A stretch of 64,000 nt of DNA from Pseudomonadota bacterium (GTDB lineage Bacteria > Desulfobacterota > Desulfobacteria > Desulfobacterales > RPRI01). The stretch is taken from contig JBDRRF010000051.1 in the NCBI GenBank assembly GCA_043825875.1, forward strand, positions 105,892 to 169,891, read 5' to 3'. The translations under genes were made by a program, and so were the position numbers. How positions within the stretch are numbered: the first letter of the stretch is position 1; the number at the start of each line of letters is the position of its first letter. Shown here piece after piece: positions 47,667 through 56,822 of this stretch. Under the pieces are notes generated by a model, which was not told where the DNA came from, made no database searches, and worked only from the letters and a program-made list of their open reading frames with translations.

Positions 47667-49385
47667 TCATCCTGAGAAATAACCATATCCCAAATTTTCC
47701 TGCATTACCTTGGACATCTCTCCAGCTGTGGCCCCAGCTCTTGCAGCCTCAACCAAAGCCGGCATAAGTACGCCACCGGAACTTGGCCATTCTTTATCTA
47801 CTTTAATTGCCGCTATCTTCACATTTTCCAAAGCAGCTTTTACTTTTTCGTTATCCCTGTTTGCTTTATATTTCTTGATTCGCTCAATGGCTTTCTCTTC
47901 GATTTCAATGGGGCGTCTATATATATTCGGTTCAGGATTAGCTTCTTCAACACGGTATTTGTTTACACCAACCTTAACCAGTTCTCCTGACTGGATTTTA
48001 TCAAAACGCTTGGCAGCCGCTTCTTGTACCTGCCCTCTTATCCAGCCGGACTCCCAGCATTTGAGATATCCGCCCATTTGATCCATCTGATCCATAATTT
48101 TAAGAATTTCCTGCTCCATTTGATTGGTCAGCCATTCAACGTAATATGAGCCTCCTAATGGATCTGTAACATGGGGAAGATCGGTCTCTTCCTGCAGGAT
48201 CTGATATGTACGGACACAAACCTTAACCGCTTCTTCTGTCGGAATACTTATAGCTTCATCATATGAAACTACCCACATTCCCTCAATATCAGCCATCATA
48301 CCTGCCATAGTCATTACAGTAACTCGGATAATATTATTATATATTTCCTGGGCTGTAAGCTCGTTTCCAGCGGTCTGGGCTATAATTATTTTATGCCTGA
48401 GCGCATCCGGGTTGGTAACTCCAAATCTTTGAGCAAATATCTTGGCCCACAATCTCCTGGTAGCCCGCAACTTTGCCACTTCTTCAAAAAAGTTTTGACT
48501 AACGTGAGGATGCCCCAAATACTTGGCAACCACGTCATTAGGATCAAGACCTACTTTTTGGCACTCCTCTACCGCAGCAATAGTGTGAGCCATGGCAAAA
48601 GCAACTTCCATAGCAGGCGTTGCTCCTGATTCACCTAAATTGTAGCCATCAAAGGCACCAGGACAAGCAAGCGGCATATTATCTGCGTGCCACTTGATCA
48701 ACTCGGTTGACATCTTTAAGGCTGTCTTTGGTGGGTACCCGGCTGCATCCCAGAACTGCTGATGGTGAAACAGGTTGCAGGGCAGATTCCACATATCGGC
48801 AAGGTTTTCTTTTCGCCGGTCAAGAATATAAGCTGCAAACAGAGCGTTTATCGGAAGAGCGTTATCAATAGCAAGTAACGCTGTAAAAAGTTTTGTAATA
48901 TCCAGACCATCAAAATATTCAGCAAAGTCATCAATTGTGCTGAAAGAACATCCACACTCTCCAACCTTGCCTTTGGCTGCCGGATGATCAGGGTCCAATC
49001 CTCTCTGAGTTGGAAGATCTAATGTCATTACAGCTGTAACAAGCCCGCCCTGGGAACGACTTCCAAGACTCTGAAGAAACTCACGGCGCTCCCTGGTCTC
49101 CTCTGTGGTAGCAAACCCATATCCCTGATTCATAAGCATGGGTTCTACCTGATAATGAAAGGGATAATTACCGCGGGTAAAGGGGAAGTTCCCTGGTATT
49201 CCAACATCCTGAAAGTCAAGATCCTTTATATCATCCGGACCATAGCTTGGTTTCAGGGTTATGCCCGATAAGTTGGTAGCAGGAGGCGGAGGGGGTGGAA
49301 TTGCTTCAGCAGGCATTGCCTTCATAGCAGCCATCAACTGTTCGTCCAAAAGTTGCTTTTTTTTCAAAGTATCATCAGTAAACAT
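47667..49385 (-). CDS. Methylmalonyl-CoA-mutase-family large subunit with an atypical active site
   Basis: PFTRG, DLPTQRGLDPD, FFEEVAKLRA, NNIIRV, DPLGGSYYVE, VGVNKY. Confidence 0.92.
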   Translation of the reverse strand: MFTDDTLKKKQLLDEQLMAAMKAMPAEAIPPPPPPATNLSGITLKPSYGPDDIKDLDFQDVGIPGNFPFTRGNYPFHYQVEPMLMNQGYGFATTEETRERREFLQSLGSRSQGGLVTAVMTLDLPTQRGLDPDHPAAKGKVGECGCSFSTIDDFAEYFDGLDITKLFTALLAIDNALPINALFAAYILDRRKENLADMWNLPCNLFHHQQFWDAAGYPPKTALKMSTELIKWHADNMPLACPGAFDGYNLGESGATPAMEVAFAMAHTIAAVEECQKVGLDPNDVVAKYLGHPHVSQNFFEEVAKLRATRRLWAKIFAQRFGVTNPDALRHKIIIAQTAGNELTAQEIYNNIIRVTVMTMAGMMADIEGMWVVSYDEAISIPTEEAVKVCVRTYQILQEETDLPHVTDPLGGSYYVEWLTNQMEQEILKIMDQMDQMGGYLKCWESGWIRGQVQEAAAKRFDKIQSGELVKVGVNKYRVEEANPEPNIYRRPIEIEEKAIERIKKYKANRDNEKVKAALENVKIAAIKVDKEWPSSGGVLMPALVEAARAGATAGEMSKVMQENLGYGYFSG

Positions 49386-49558
49386 ATCTTAACCTCTCTT
49401 TTCACAAGGCTTAACCCCATGGATTAAATCTTTTCGATAAGAATTATCTCACGGGTATTTCAGTAACCATCTAAATTAATTAAGAGATAGAAGCACTTTT
49501 ATGTAAAGAAGGAAGAGAACACTTTTATGGTTCCTCCTTATACATATATAAAAGGAAC

Positions 49559-49607
49559 AAGGGTTCCTGCGAAACGGTACAATCGGCTTCTTGTCACAGG
49601 AACCCTT
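49559..49607. terminator. Hairpin separating the oxidoreductase and mutase modules
   Basis: AAGGGTTCCTG...CAGGAACCCTT. Confidence 0.6.
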
Positions 49608-49700
49608 TTTAAATCCGGCAACAAAACTTTATCCGGAACTTACGGTTTCAATACTACATTATATGAATTCTATCTCTGAATAATATTCAAACTCAAATAA

Positions 49701-51278
49701 TTATTCAGGCTCGCAGTATCCATGAGGATCTGAAGCAGTATTCGGATCAAAAACCCTCTTTATCTTTTTCATATACTTATGGAAACCATGAGCATGCGGG
49801 CTTGTCATAGTATGCGCCATTTCACCTGCATTTTCAAAGAACCCCAGCCCTACTCCTTCTGTAATAGCTGCGCCAACACTATCAAAGCCTAATTTAATAG
49901 CAGCTTTGGTTGACTCAATGTCAAAAGGATCATACTGATAAAGCGGTTCATGATGTGATCCGATAGTAGCTTGTTCATACAGGTTGGAACCCCACACATT
50001 GTGAACTTCCTGCAGGAACTGACCACCGTCTACATAAGGCTTCATTAATTTATCACCAAGGTAACTTCCAAAACAGGCATTGTCGATTGTATCATCACCT
50101 GTTGCAGCACAGAAGAACGAACCTGTTCCGCGGAAAATACCTTTGATAATTTCTCCGCCCCACAGATGCCACCAATAATTGGAGCCAGCAGCATGAGGTA
50201 CTTTTTCCAGATCTTCATCTATCCAGCCGCCTGTTTTTTCCAGAATCGCTTTCAAGCATTTTTCCTGGTATGCTATTTCTCCGTCACTGTGACCACCAAG
50301 TATTATTCCAAAAGCAAAGGCATTTTTCTGTAAAATACCTTTCTGCCACAGTTCATAGAATTCCTGGTTGGATTCCGTCATCATAGCGCCATGCCATGCT
50401 GCAACAGCCCTGTCGCCGGAATATGTCATTTCGGCTTCGGTAATCATATACTGGGCTTCATGCATATCATCCCATGATTTCCATGCGCAAATATATGAAC
50501 TCATTCTCTCTGGAATGATAGGATCATAGCATGGAGATCTTCCGGTACTCTCGTGTTTGTCAGGACCGGGCCATGGATAAAGTTTAATCGAAATCTTGGT
50601 GAATGTTCCAAGAGCACCGAAGGAACCCATATAGCCTCTCATGATACCTCTGATGCCGGGGCCGGGGCCATCTGCGCTGAACCATTCGCCGCTTTGTCCC
50701 AATGATCCTAATTTTAACAATTCACCGGTAGACAATACCCATTCCACGCCTAAAATATTACGTGAGCTGTGGCTTGTGTTGATAGAACTTGGTCCCATAC
50801 CGCAGCATGCTGCATGACTGGCAAGACTTGATGTTGTTGGTCCGGGTCCTATTACATGCGGGCGAAGTCCCTTTTTAATACACTCAACATGGAGCTGCCC
50901 AACTGCAACGTAAGGCTCAATAACTGCAATCATGTTCTTTTCATCAATATCTATGATACGATTCATTCTTCTCATATCAAGAGCTATTGTGTCAGGACTT
51001 CCTGCTAAAGATCCCGGAAACCAGCCGGTACTAAAAGCATGAGATTTTATCCCATATTTATTGCATACCCTTTGAATAGCCTGGACCTCTTCGGTACATC
51101 CGGGAAGCAACGCCGCTACCGGCCATTCAGGCATAAAGTATTCTTCAGCCGGAGTTTGCATATATGGCTGCACCATAAACACGTATGCATATCCAGCCAA
51201 ATTAGCCGGCTCTTCTGATATGTTTTCCGGGCCTACTATATCTTCGAGTGCCCTGTAAGCTTCTCTTGTTAAAGCCAT
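49701..51278 (-). CDS. FAD-binding oxidoreductase (VAO/GlcD-like)
   Basis: EEVQAI, LDMRRMNRII, VEWVLSTGE, GYMGSFGALG, KRVFDPN. Confidence 0.88.
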   Translation of the reverse strand: MALTREAYRALEDIVGPENISEEPANLAGYAYVFMVQPYMQTPAEEYFMPEWPVAALLPGCTEEVQAIQRVCNKYGIKSHAFSTGWFPGSLAGSPDTIALDMRRMNRIIDIDEKNMIAVIEPYVAVGQLHVECIKKGLRPHVIGPGPTTSSLASHAACCGMGPSSINTSHSSRNILGVEWVLSTGELLKLGSLGQSGEWFSADGPGPGIRGIMRGYMGSFGALGTFTKISIKLYPWPGPDKHESTGRSPCYDPIIPERMSSYICAWKSWDDMHEAQYMITEAEMTYSGDRAVAAWHGAMMTESNQEFYELWQKGILQKNAFAFGIILGGHSDGEIAYQEKCLKAILEKTGGWIDEDLEKVPHAAGSNYWWHLWGGEIIKGIFRGTGSFFCAATGDDTIDNACFGSYLGDKLMKPYVDGGQFLQEVHNVWGSNLYEQATIGSHHEPLYQYDPFDIESTKAAIKLGFDSVGAAITEGVGLGFFENAGEMAHTMTSPHAHGFHKYMKKIKRVFDPNTASDPHGYCEPE

Positions 51279-51295
51279 CTCAAACCTCCTTATTA

Positions 51296-52570
51296 TTAAA
51301 TTGCCTGCTCGACAAGCTCTATAATATCCAATATCTTGAGTGCATCACCCGAATCGTTGACAGCGTCAGAGAAATTACGTTCGCACCAGCCACATGCAGT
51401 TACCATTGCTTCTGCACCTGTTGTTTTTGCCTCGGTAACTCTCTCTTTGGCAACCCAGAGTGAATAGTCAGGATCAGAATCCATACATCCTCCGCCAGCA
51501 CCGCAACAGAAACTGTATTCTTCAATTCTTTTCATCTCTGTAAGTTTTACACCCGGAATGCTTCTAAGAATTTCTCTTGGAGCATCATAAATACCATATT
51601 TTCCTCTACGGAATACTTTCGGGGGATCATGCAAACAAAGCTGGCCCATTACCTTCTTTTCTACACCTTTCCAGGGTATCCAGTCTTCACCCAGTCTGCC
51701 AAGGTGGCATGGGTCATGGTAGGTAACTCTCAAAGGAACATTCTTGGAGAATTTGAGCTTGCCTTCCTTGATAAGCTGAGCTATATATTCAGTAATATGA
51801 AGGACTTCAATATCAAGCTTTTTACCTATTTTGTGATAAAGAACTTTAAAAGCATGGTAACAATCGGAACAGGAAACCACTATTTTCTTTACTCCTGCCG
51901 TCTTGAACATACCCGCATTATTTTCGGAGAAACTCTCTATCTCGCCCTGATATCCCATTTCATAGGAACGGCCTCCGCAACATGCTTCTTCCATACCTAA
52001 GATACCTACATCAACACCGGCTTTTTGCAATACGGAAATAGCGGTTCTTGCAACCTTATGCAGACTTTCATCAAACGAAATCCTGCAACCGGCAAAGTAA
52101 AGGACCTCTGCTTTTTCCTTGGTAAGATCTTTTATCTTAAGGCCTTTAGCCCAATTGCCTCTGTCGGCCTTTTTGGCCTGCATCATGTTGTCTTCTGCTT
52201 TCAAACCTTCCATCACGGCCATCAGCTCCGGAACGAGCTGACCATCTTCAACACATTGAGCCCTTAATGCAAGCAACATTTCCTGAGGCTCCATATCACG
52301 GTTGGTTTTGCATGTTATATCACAGGCACCACACATCTGGCAGTGGTATATTATATCCAACCATCCATCTGTATATTCGATTTTATCTGTTACATATGCA
52401 AGTGCACTATGATACCTTCCGGCGCCGGAATAAGCATGAAAGTTATGTTTTGAAATTGAGGGGCACACCTGAGCAAACTCTTGACCTGGACCTTTCTGCC
52501 AGGGAACCCACTTACAATTGGAACACCTTTCACAGCGAACCATATCAGCTTTCCAATCTATTAATGCCAT
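51296..52570 (-). CDS. Fe-S oxidoreductase (GlcF/HdrD-like, CCG domains)
   Basis: CERCSNC, CQMCGAC, CCGG, YHDPCHLGR, CCGAGGG. Confidence 0.92.
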   Translation of the reverse strand: MALIDWKADMVRCERCSNCKWVPWQKGPGQEFAQVCPSISKHNFHAYSGAGRYHSALAYVTDKIEYTDGWLDIIYHCQMCGACDITCKTNRDMEPQEMLLALRAQCVEDGQLVPELMAVMEGLKAEDNMMQAKKADRGNWAKGLKIKDLTKEKAEVLYFAGCRISFDESLHKVARTAISVLQKAGVDVGILGMEEACCGGRSYEMGYQGEIESFSENNAGMFKTAGVKKIVVSCSDCYHAFKVLYHKIGKKLDIEVLHITEYIAQLIKEGKLKFSKNVPLRVTYHDPCHLGRLGEDWIPWKGVEKKVMGQLCLHDPPKVFRRGKYGIYDAPREILRSIPGVKLTEMKRIEEYSFCCGAGGGCMDSDPDYSLWVAKERVTEAKTTGAEAMVTACGWCERNFSDAVNDSGDALKILDIIELVEQAI

Positions 52571-52594
52571 TTTTAACACCTCCTTAAAAGCCTT

Positions 52595-54058
52595 CTAGAA
52601 ACACAGTTTACCAGGGTTCATAATTTTATTGGGGTCAAATATTGTTTTTACTTTTCTCAGGAAAGAGGCAGTTTCGCCATCTCTTCTGTAAACCATGTCT
52701 GACCAGGAGCCATATGGTCTGGAAAAGAATGCTCCCATATTAGCCAAAGCCATGCTATCATTAACAAGCCCCTTAACCTTATCCATCTCCGCCTTATTAT
52801 TGCTGTCACAATTTAAGTTGAATTCCACATGACAGCTGGTACCATTAACTGTCGGTTGTATATAAACACCTATATCATTCGGAGAAAAACCCTTGCTTTC
52901 AGCCTGAGCAGCCATAGCTTTTACAAAGTCAGGTGTATGGTCTAATGTAGTCAGGAAGAATATATCCCGACAGGATCCTTTGGCTTTATTTTTCCAATAA
53001 ATCTCACCGGAAGGTTTAGCCAATGCGGCAGCTACATCATCAGCCGACAATCCACATGGAAGTGCTTCCAATGGGGTAAGACCATTTGCCTGTGCGGCAT
53101 TTTTAATGTCTGTTACCTGGTAAGCCACTTTATCCTCAGGCATTACACCCCGACCCTCTGCACTGATAAAAAGAACATAGGGCGGTAACGCATCTTTTAG
53201 AGCTGCCACTTCACTGCTGTCTTTAGCCATTATACAAGCAAGATTGTGGTTGTTTAAAATAAGGATGTCATCGCCAAGAAGTACCTTATGCATTTTATAA
53301 ACAAGCCCTATAAGGTCTTCTACTTTCTGGGCCGGAACAAAAAATGACTTCTTAAGTACAGGTTTTACTCTGCATTTTATTGATAACCAAGTCACAATAC
53401 CCATAGTTCCCTGTGAGCCTTGTACAACTCTCTGAAAATCTGTCTGAGCAGGTCCCATAGGTCTTATCTGTGCCCTTTTGTTTTCCCACTGCTGAGCCAG
53501 AGTACCCGGTCCTGCAGCCGAACCTGTCATAAACAGATGGCCATCGCCGAAAATAACTTCCATACAAAGCAGCGGATCTTGCGGATCCCAGTGATGCCTA
53601 GGCATTGTAATGGGTTCTCTTTCAAGATAACTGCCGACAACAGATTTCGTGCTGCGTGGAACAAGCGGCATATGAGCAGCCAAGCCTTCTTTATCAAGGG
53701 CTTCAATAAGCTCACCAAATGTTACGCCAGGTTCAACCATTGCAACACGGTTTCTTCGGTCAACTCTTATGATCTTTTTCATTCCGCTAAGATCAACAAC
53801 AACTGCCCCACCAGTACTGGGAACTGTATCACCCCTGTAGTGAGGTGCGCCAGAACTCACCGGAACAAGCGGTGTACCTGTTTCATTAGCCCACTTAATC
53901 AATTCCTGCACCTCAGTATTTGTACTGGGCTTTACTACGCAAGAAGGTCGTACCGGGATAACAAAACTCTCATCCCCGGAATAGGCATCCAGGGTTTTCT
54001 GATCATCAAAAACATTGTTTTTGCCAATGATCTTCGTTAATTCATCTTTTTGAGCCAT
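52595..54058 (-). CDS. FAD-binding oxidoreductase (VAO/GlcD-like)
   Basis: VDLSGMKKI, VEPGVT, GSQGTMGIVT, FDPNKIMNPGK. Confidence 0.9.
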   Translation of the reverse strand: MAQKDELTKIIGKNNVFDDQKTLDAYSGDESFVIPVRPSCVVKPSTNTEVQELIKWANETGTPLVPVSSGAPHYRGDTVPSTGGAVVVDLSGMKKIIRVDRRNRVAMVEPGVTFGELIEALDKEGLAAHMPLVPRSTKSVVGSYLEREPITMPRHHWDPQDPLLCMEVIFGDGHLFMTGSAAGPGTLAQQWENKRAQIRPMGPAQTDFQRVVQGSQGTMGIVTWLSIKCRVKPVLKKSFFVPAQKVEDLIGLVYKMHKVLLGDDILILNNHNLACIMAKDSSEVAALKDALPPYVLFISAEGRGVMPEDKVAYQVTDIKNAAQANGLTPLEALPCGLSADDVAAALAKPSGEIYWKNKAKGSCRDIFFLTTLDHTPDFVKAMAAQAESKGFSPNDIGVYIQPTVNGTSCHVEFNLNCDSNNKAEMDKVKGLVNDSMALANMGAFFSRPYGSWSDMVYRRDGETASFLRKVKTIFDPNKIMNPGKLCF

Positions 54059-54124
54059 AACTTATCTCCTCTTTAATTAAATAATGACTTTAACACAATT
54101 ACCAACTTAAAGACCTAAAACCTC

Positions 54125-54904
54125 TCACCCCCCTTTTAAAATTGAAGCCAAATTTTTACCTTGTTCTTCGGGAGAATCGCCTTCTATAAATTGACAATCC
54201 CTTCCCATATCCGGTGGTGGTAAAAGAGCCGCCATATCTATTTGTACCAATTTGCCTGAATCAACTCCGATATCTTCGGCACTCCAAACAGTTATCGGTT
54301 GTTTGTAGGCAGCTATTCTCATTTTTGCAATTGGATACCTCAATTCACCAACTTCACTGCTTACCGTTAATAAAGCAGGTAAGTTCGACTTAACCAATTC
54401 GTAGGCTCCAGGAAGTATTTTCTCTATGACCACCTTACCACCATCAATCTTTACACTGCGAACTAAATTAACAGTAGGAATTCCCAATATTTCGCCAAGT
54501 ATCAGCCCGGTTTGCCCTAAATCCCAATCGCCTCCCTGCCTACCGGTCAGAATAAGATCGTACTCTCCTAATTTTTCAATTGCCTTGGATAATGCATAGG
54601 CAATGGAATTACTATCAAGGTTTTTAAACTGGGGGTCATCCACAACTACCAGATTATCGGCACCAACTGCCAATGATCTTCTTAATACCGCCTGGGAAAT
54701 CTTTGACCCAATGCATACAACAACAACTTCAGCTCCGTTTTCATCCTTGATACGAAGAGCAGCTTCCAAAGCATTCTCATCATAAGGGTTGATTACCGGT
54801 GCTACACCTTTCGTACTTATTGCTTTTGCCTCTGAATCTACCTGTACTACTGTGTAAGGAGCTTCGGGATCAGGAACCTGTTTTGCACATACTATTATTT
54901 TCAT
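54125..54904 (-). CDS. etfB: Electron transfer flavoprotein beta subunit
   Basis: KQVPD, NPYDENALE, GRQ..D. Confidence 0.95.
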   Translation of the reverse strand: MKIIVCAKQVPDPEAPYTVVQVDSEAKAISTKGVAPVINPYDENALEAALRIKDENGAEVVVVCIGSKISQAVLRRSLAVGADNLVVVDDPQFKNLDSNSIAYALSKAIEKLGEYDLILTGRQGGDWDLGQTGLILGEILGIPTVNLVRSVKIDGGKVVIEKILPGAYELVKSNLPALLTVSSEVGELRYPIAKMRIAAYKQPITVWSAEDIGVDSGKLVQIDMAALLPPPDMGRDCQFIEGDSPEEQGKNLASILKGG

Positions 54905-55902
54905 GATAACTCCCTCCACTTCTTGTTAAATGCCGGAAGAACCTTATTGAAATCGCCGATAATTCCATAGTTGGCTACATTAAAAACACTTGCTTTTTTA
55001 TCTTTATTTATAGCCACAATTTTCTTGGATCTCATCATACCGACCAAATGCTGTGTAGCTCCGGAAATACCTATTGCCACATATAGCTCCGGTGAAACTT
55101 TCTCGCCGGTTAATCCAACCTGACGGCTTGAAGACACCCAGCCCAGATCCACTGCCGGTCTGCTGCCAGCAATTTCAACAACACTACCTGAAGATTGCCT
55201 AATCAGATCTGCCATTTCCTCAAGTATCTTAAAACCTTCAGGCCCGCCTACTCCCCGGCCTCCGGATATAATTATCTCTGCCTTATCCAGCGAAACGGAA
55301 TCTTCTTTTACAATTTCTACGGATTCAACTTTAGCTGAAGATGCATCTATATCCGGCGCCACATCAATAATCTCACTTTTGGTTGCTACTTTCTCCGCAG
55401 GAACCACAACTTTTTTCCTTACCGTGGTAAAATGCGGTTCTTCTTTATACTTAAAAACTGCAACAGCATTTCCGCCATATACCGGTTTTGTGCAAACCAA
55501 AAGCCCTTCGGCCTTATCGGTTTCCAGTTCGGTACAATCTGTGACAAGTCTGGTCTTTAGCCTGAAAGCCAGTCTCGGAGCAACTTCCATACCTATATTG
55601 GTATGACTCATAAGCAAAACTTTGGGGTTAATCTGCGCACTTAATTTTTCCAGAATACCGACCCACAAGTCAGGCATAAATCTTTCCAGTAAAGGACTTT
55701 CTATTTTGTATACCTTATTTGCCCCGAATGAGGCAGCTTCATCAGCTATTCCGGAAAGGTTGCTTCCAATAATTACCAATGATAGCTCAAGGCCTAAATC
55801 ATCCGCAATTTTCCTTCCAGCTCCCAACAATTCAAGCGTGTAAGAGCTGATGCTTCCCCCTTCTTCTATTTCTCCGCATACTAATACCGGACGGGTTGAC
55901 AT
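54901..55902 (-). CDS. etfA: Electron transfer flavoprotein alpha subunit
   Basis: SGGRG, SRPAVD, QVGLTG, GISGATQH, AINKD. Confidence 0.95.
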   Translation of the reverse strand: MSTRPVLVCGEIEEGGSISSYTLELLGAGRKIADDLGLELSLVIIGSNLSGIADEAASFGANKVYKIESPLLERFMPDLWVGILEKLSAQINPKVLLMSHTNIGMEVAPRLAFRLKTRLVTDCTELETDKAEGLLVCTKPVYGGNAVAVFKYKEEPHFTTVRKKVVVPAEKVATKSEIIDVAPDIDASSAKVESVEIVKEDSVSLDKAEIIISGGRGVGGPEGFKILEEMADLIRQSSGSVVEIAGSRPAVDLGWVSSSRQVGLTGEKVSPELYVAIGISGATQHLVGMMRSKKIVAINKDKKASVFNVANYGIIGDFNKVLPAFNKKWRELS

Positions 55903-56051
55903 AAATACAAACCTCCTTTTTTTCCCTCCGCCGGTTTTACCCGACAGCAACGGTTTAATCTTAACAAAGAATTTTTTTCCATACAGGAACAAAAACTCAT
56001 ATCAACTAAAACCAAGCAAAATACTAATCCAAATTCAAACTTTAAACATAA

Positions 56052-56098
56052 TGCTTAAATCATGCCAATATTTCAACATCAATTATATCAATAAGTTA
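56052..56098 (-). promoter_or_regulatory. Putative sigma54 promoter with IHF site
   Basis: TTGGCATGATTTAAGCA (GG-N10-GC) at 56068-56052; TATCAATAAGTTA (WATCAAN4TTR) at 56086-56098. Confidence 0.6.
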
Positions 56099-56822
56099 AA
56101 TGTATTCATAAAGGACAGTCTATATATATGAGCATATATTTACGAAATACCAGAAACTGTTATATAGCATATGGTATAATTTGCTAAATATCAGAAATAT
56201 GACCGATTGAGTTTCGAAGAGAGCAGGAAGAAACAACAGTGGGAGATTAATAAAATGGAACCGGAAGCTTTATAAGAAAGTTCAATCACAAAATTGATAG
56301 CACTTTTCAATATTAAGGTCAAATGCTTTTAAATAAATTAAGCAATTTCTAATTGGCGCCTCAAAAACTATCTGCTCAAGTTGCATTTCACCTCTTTATC
56401 ATTGCAATCCCTGATAGCTATACCTCACTTATAGCAATTGTAACATCTTTAAAATAGACTTTATTCTTTTGTCGTCGCGTTTGTTGCCACCAACAAACTT
56501 AAATTGATAATTTCTGTTTTATGCATCAAAAAGTTTTTGTAAAATATTTTGATGCCCCCCTATTGAGCATTTAAAAATGTATTATCCGGGAATCTCTTTC
56601 AAATTTGTTCTTTGCTTGACACTAACAGGTCATTTGCTATATTTACATAGTTGCAGAAAGGATTCGCCCGTTAGATCATTTATAATACTTTGATATAATA
56701 CAATATTATGTTATATAAAAATCAAATACTAAATATCGTATTTTTTAAGTCCGTTAAATGTTTGATTTAAAATACTACCGTAATTTCACGAATACAGAAA
56801 ATATATAAAAGGCAATAAAATT

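Noticed and set aside
49386..49700. Cobalamin riboswitch upstream of the mutase
   Set aside because: No B12-box or other conserved riboswitch motif is visible, only a hairpin and a CACTTTTATG direct repeat.
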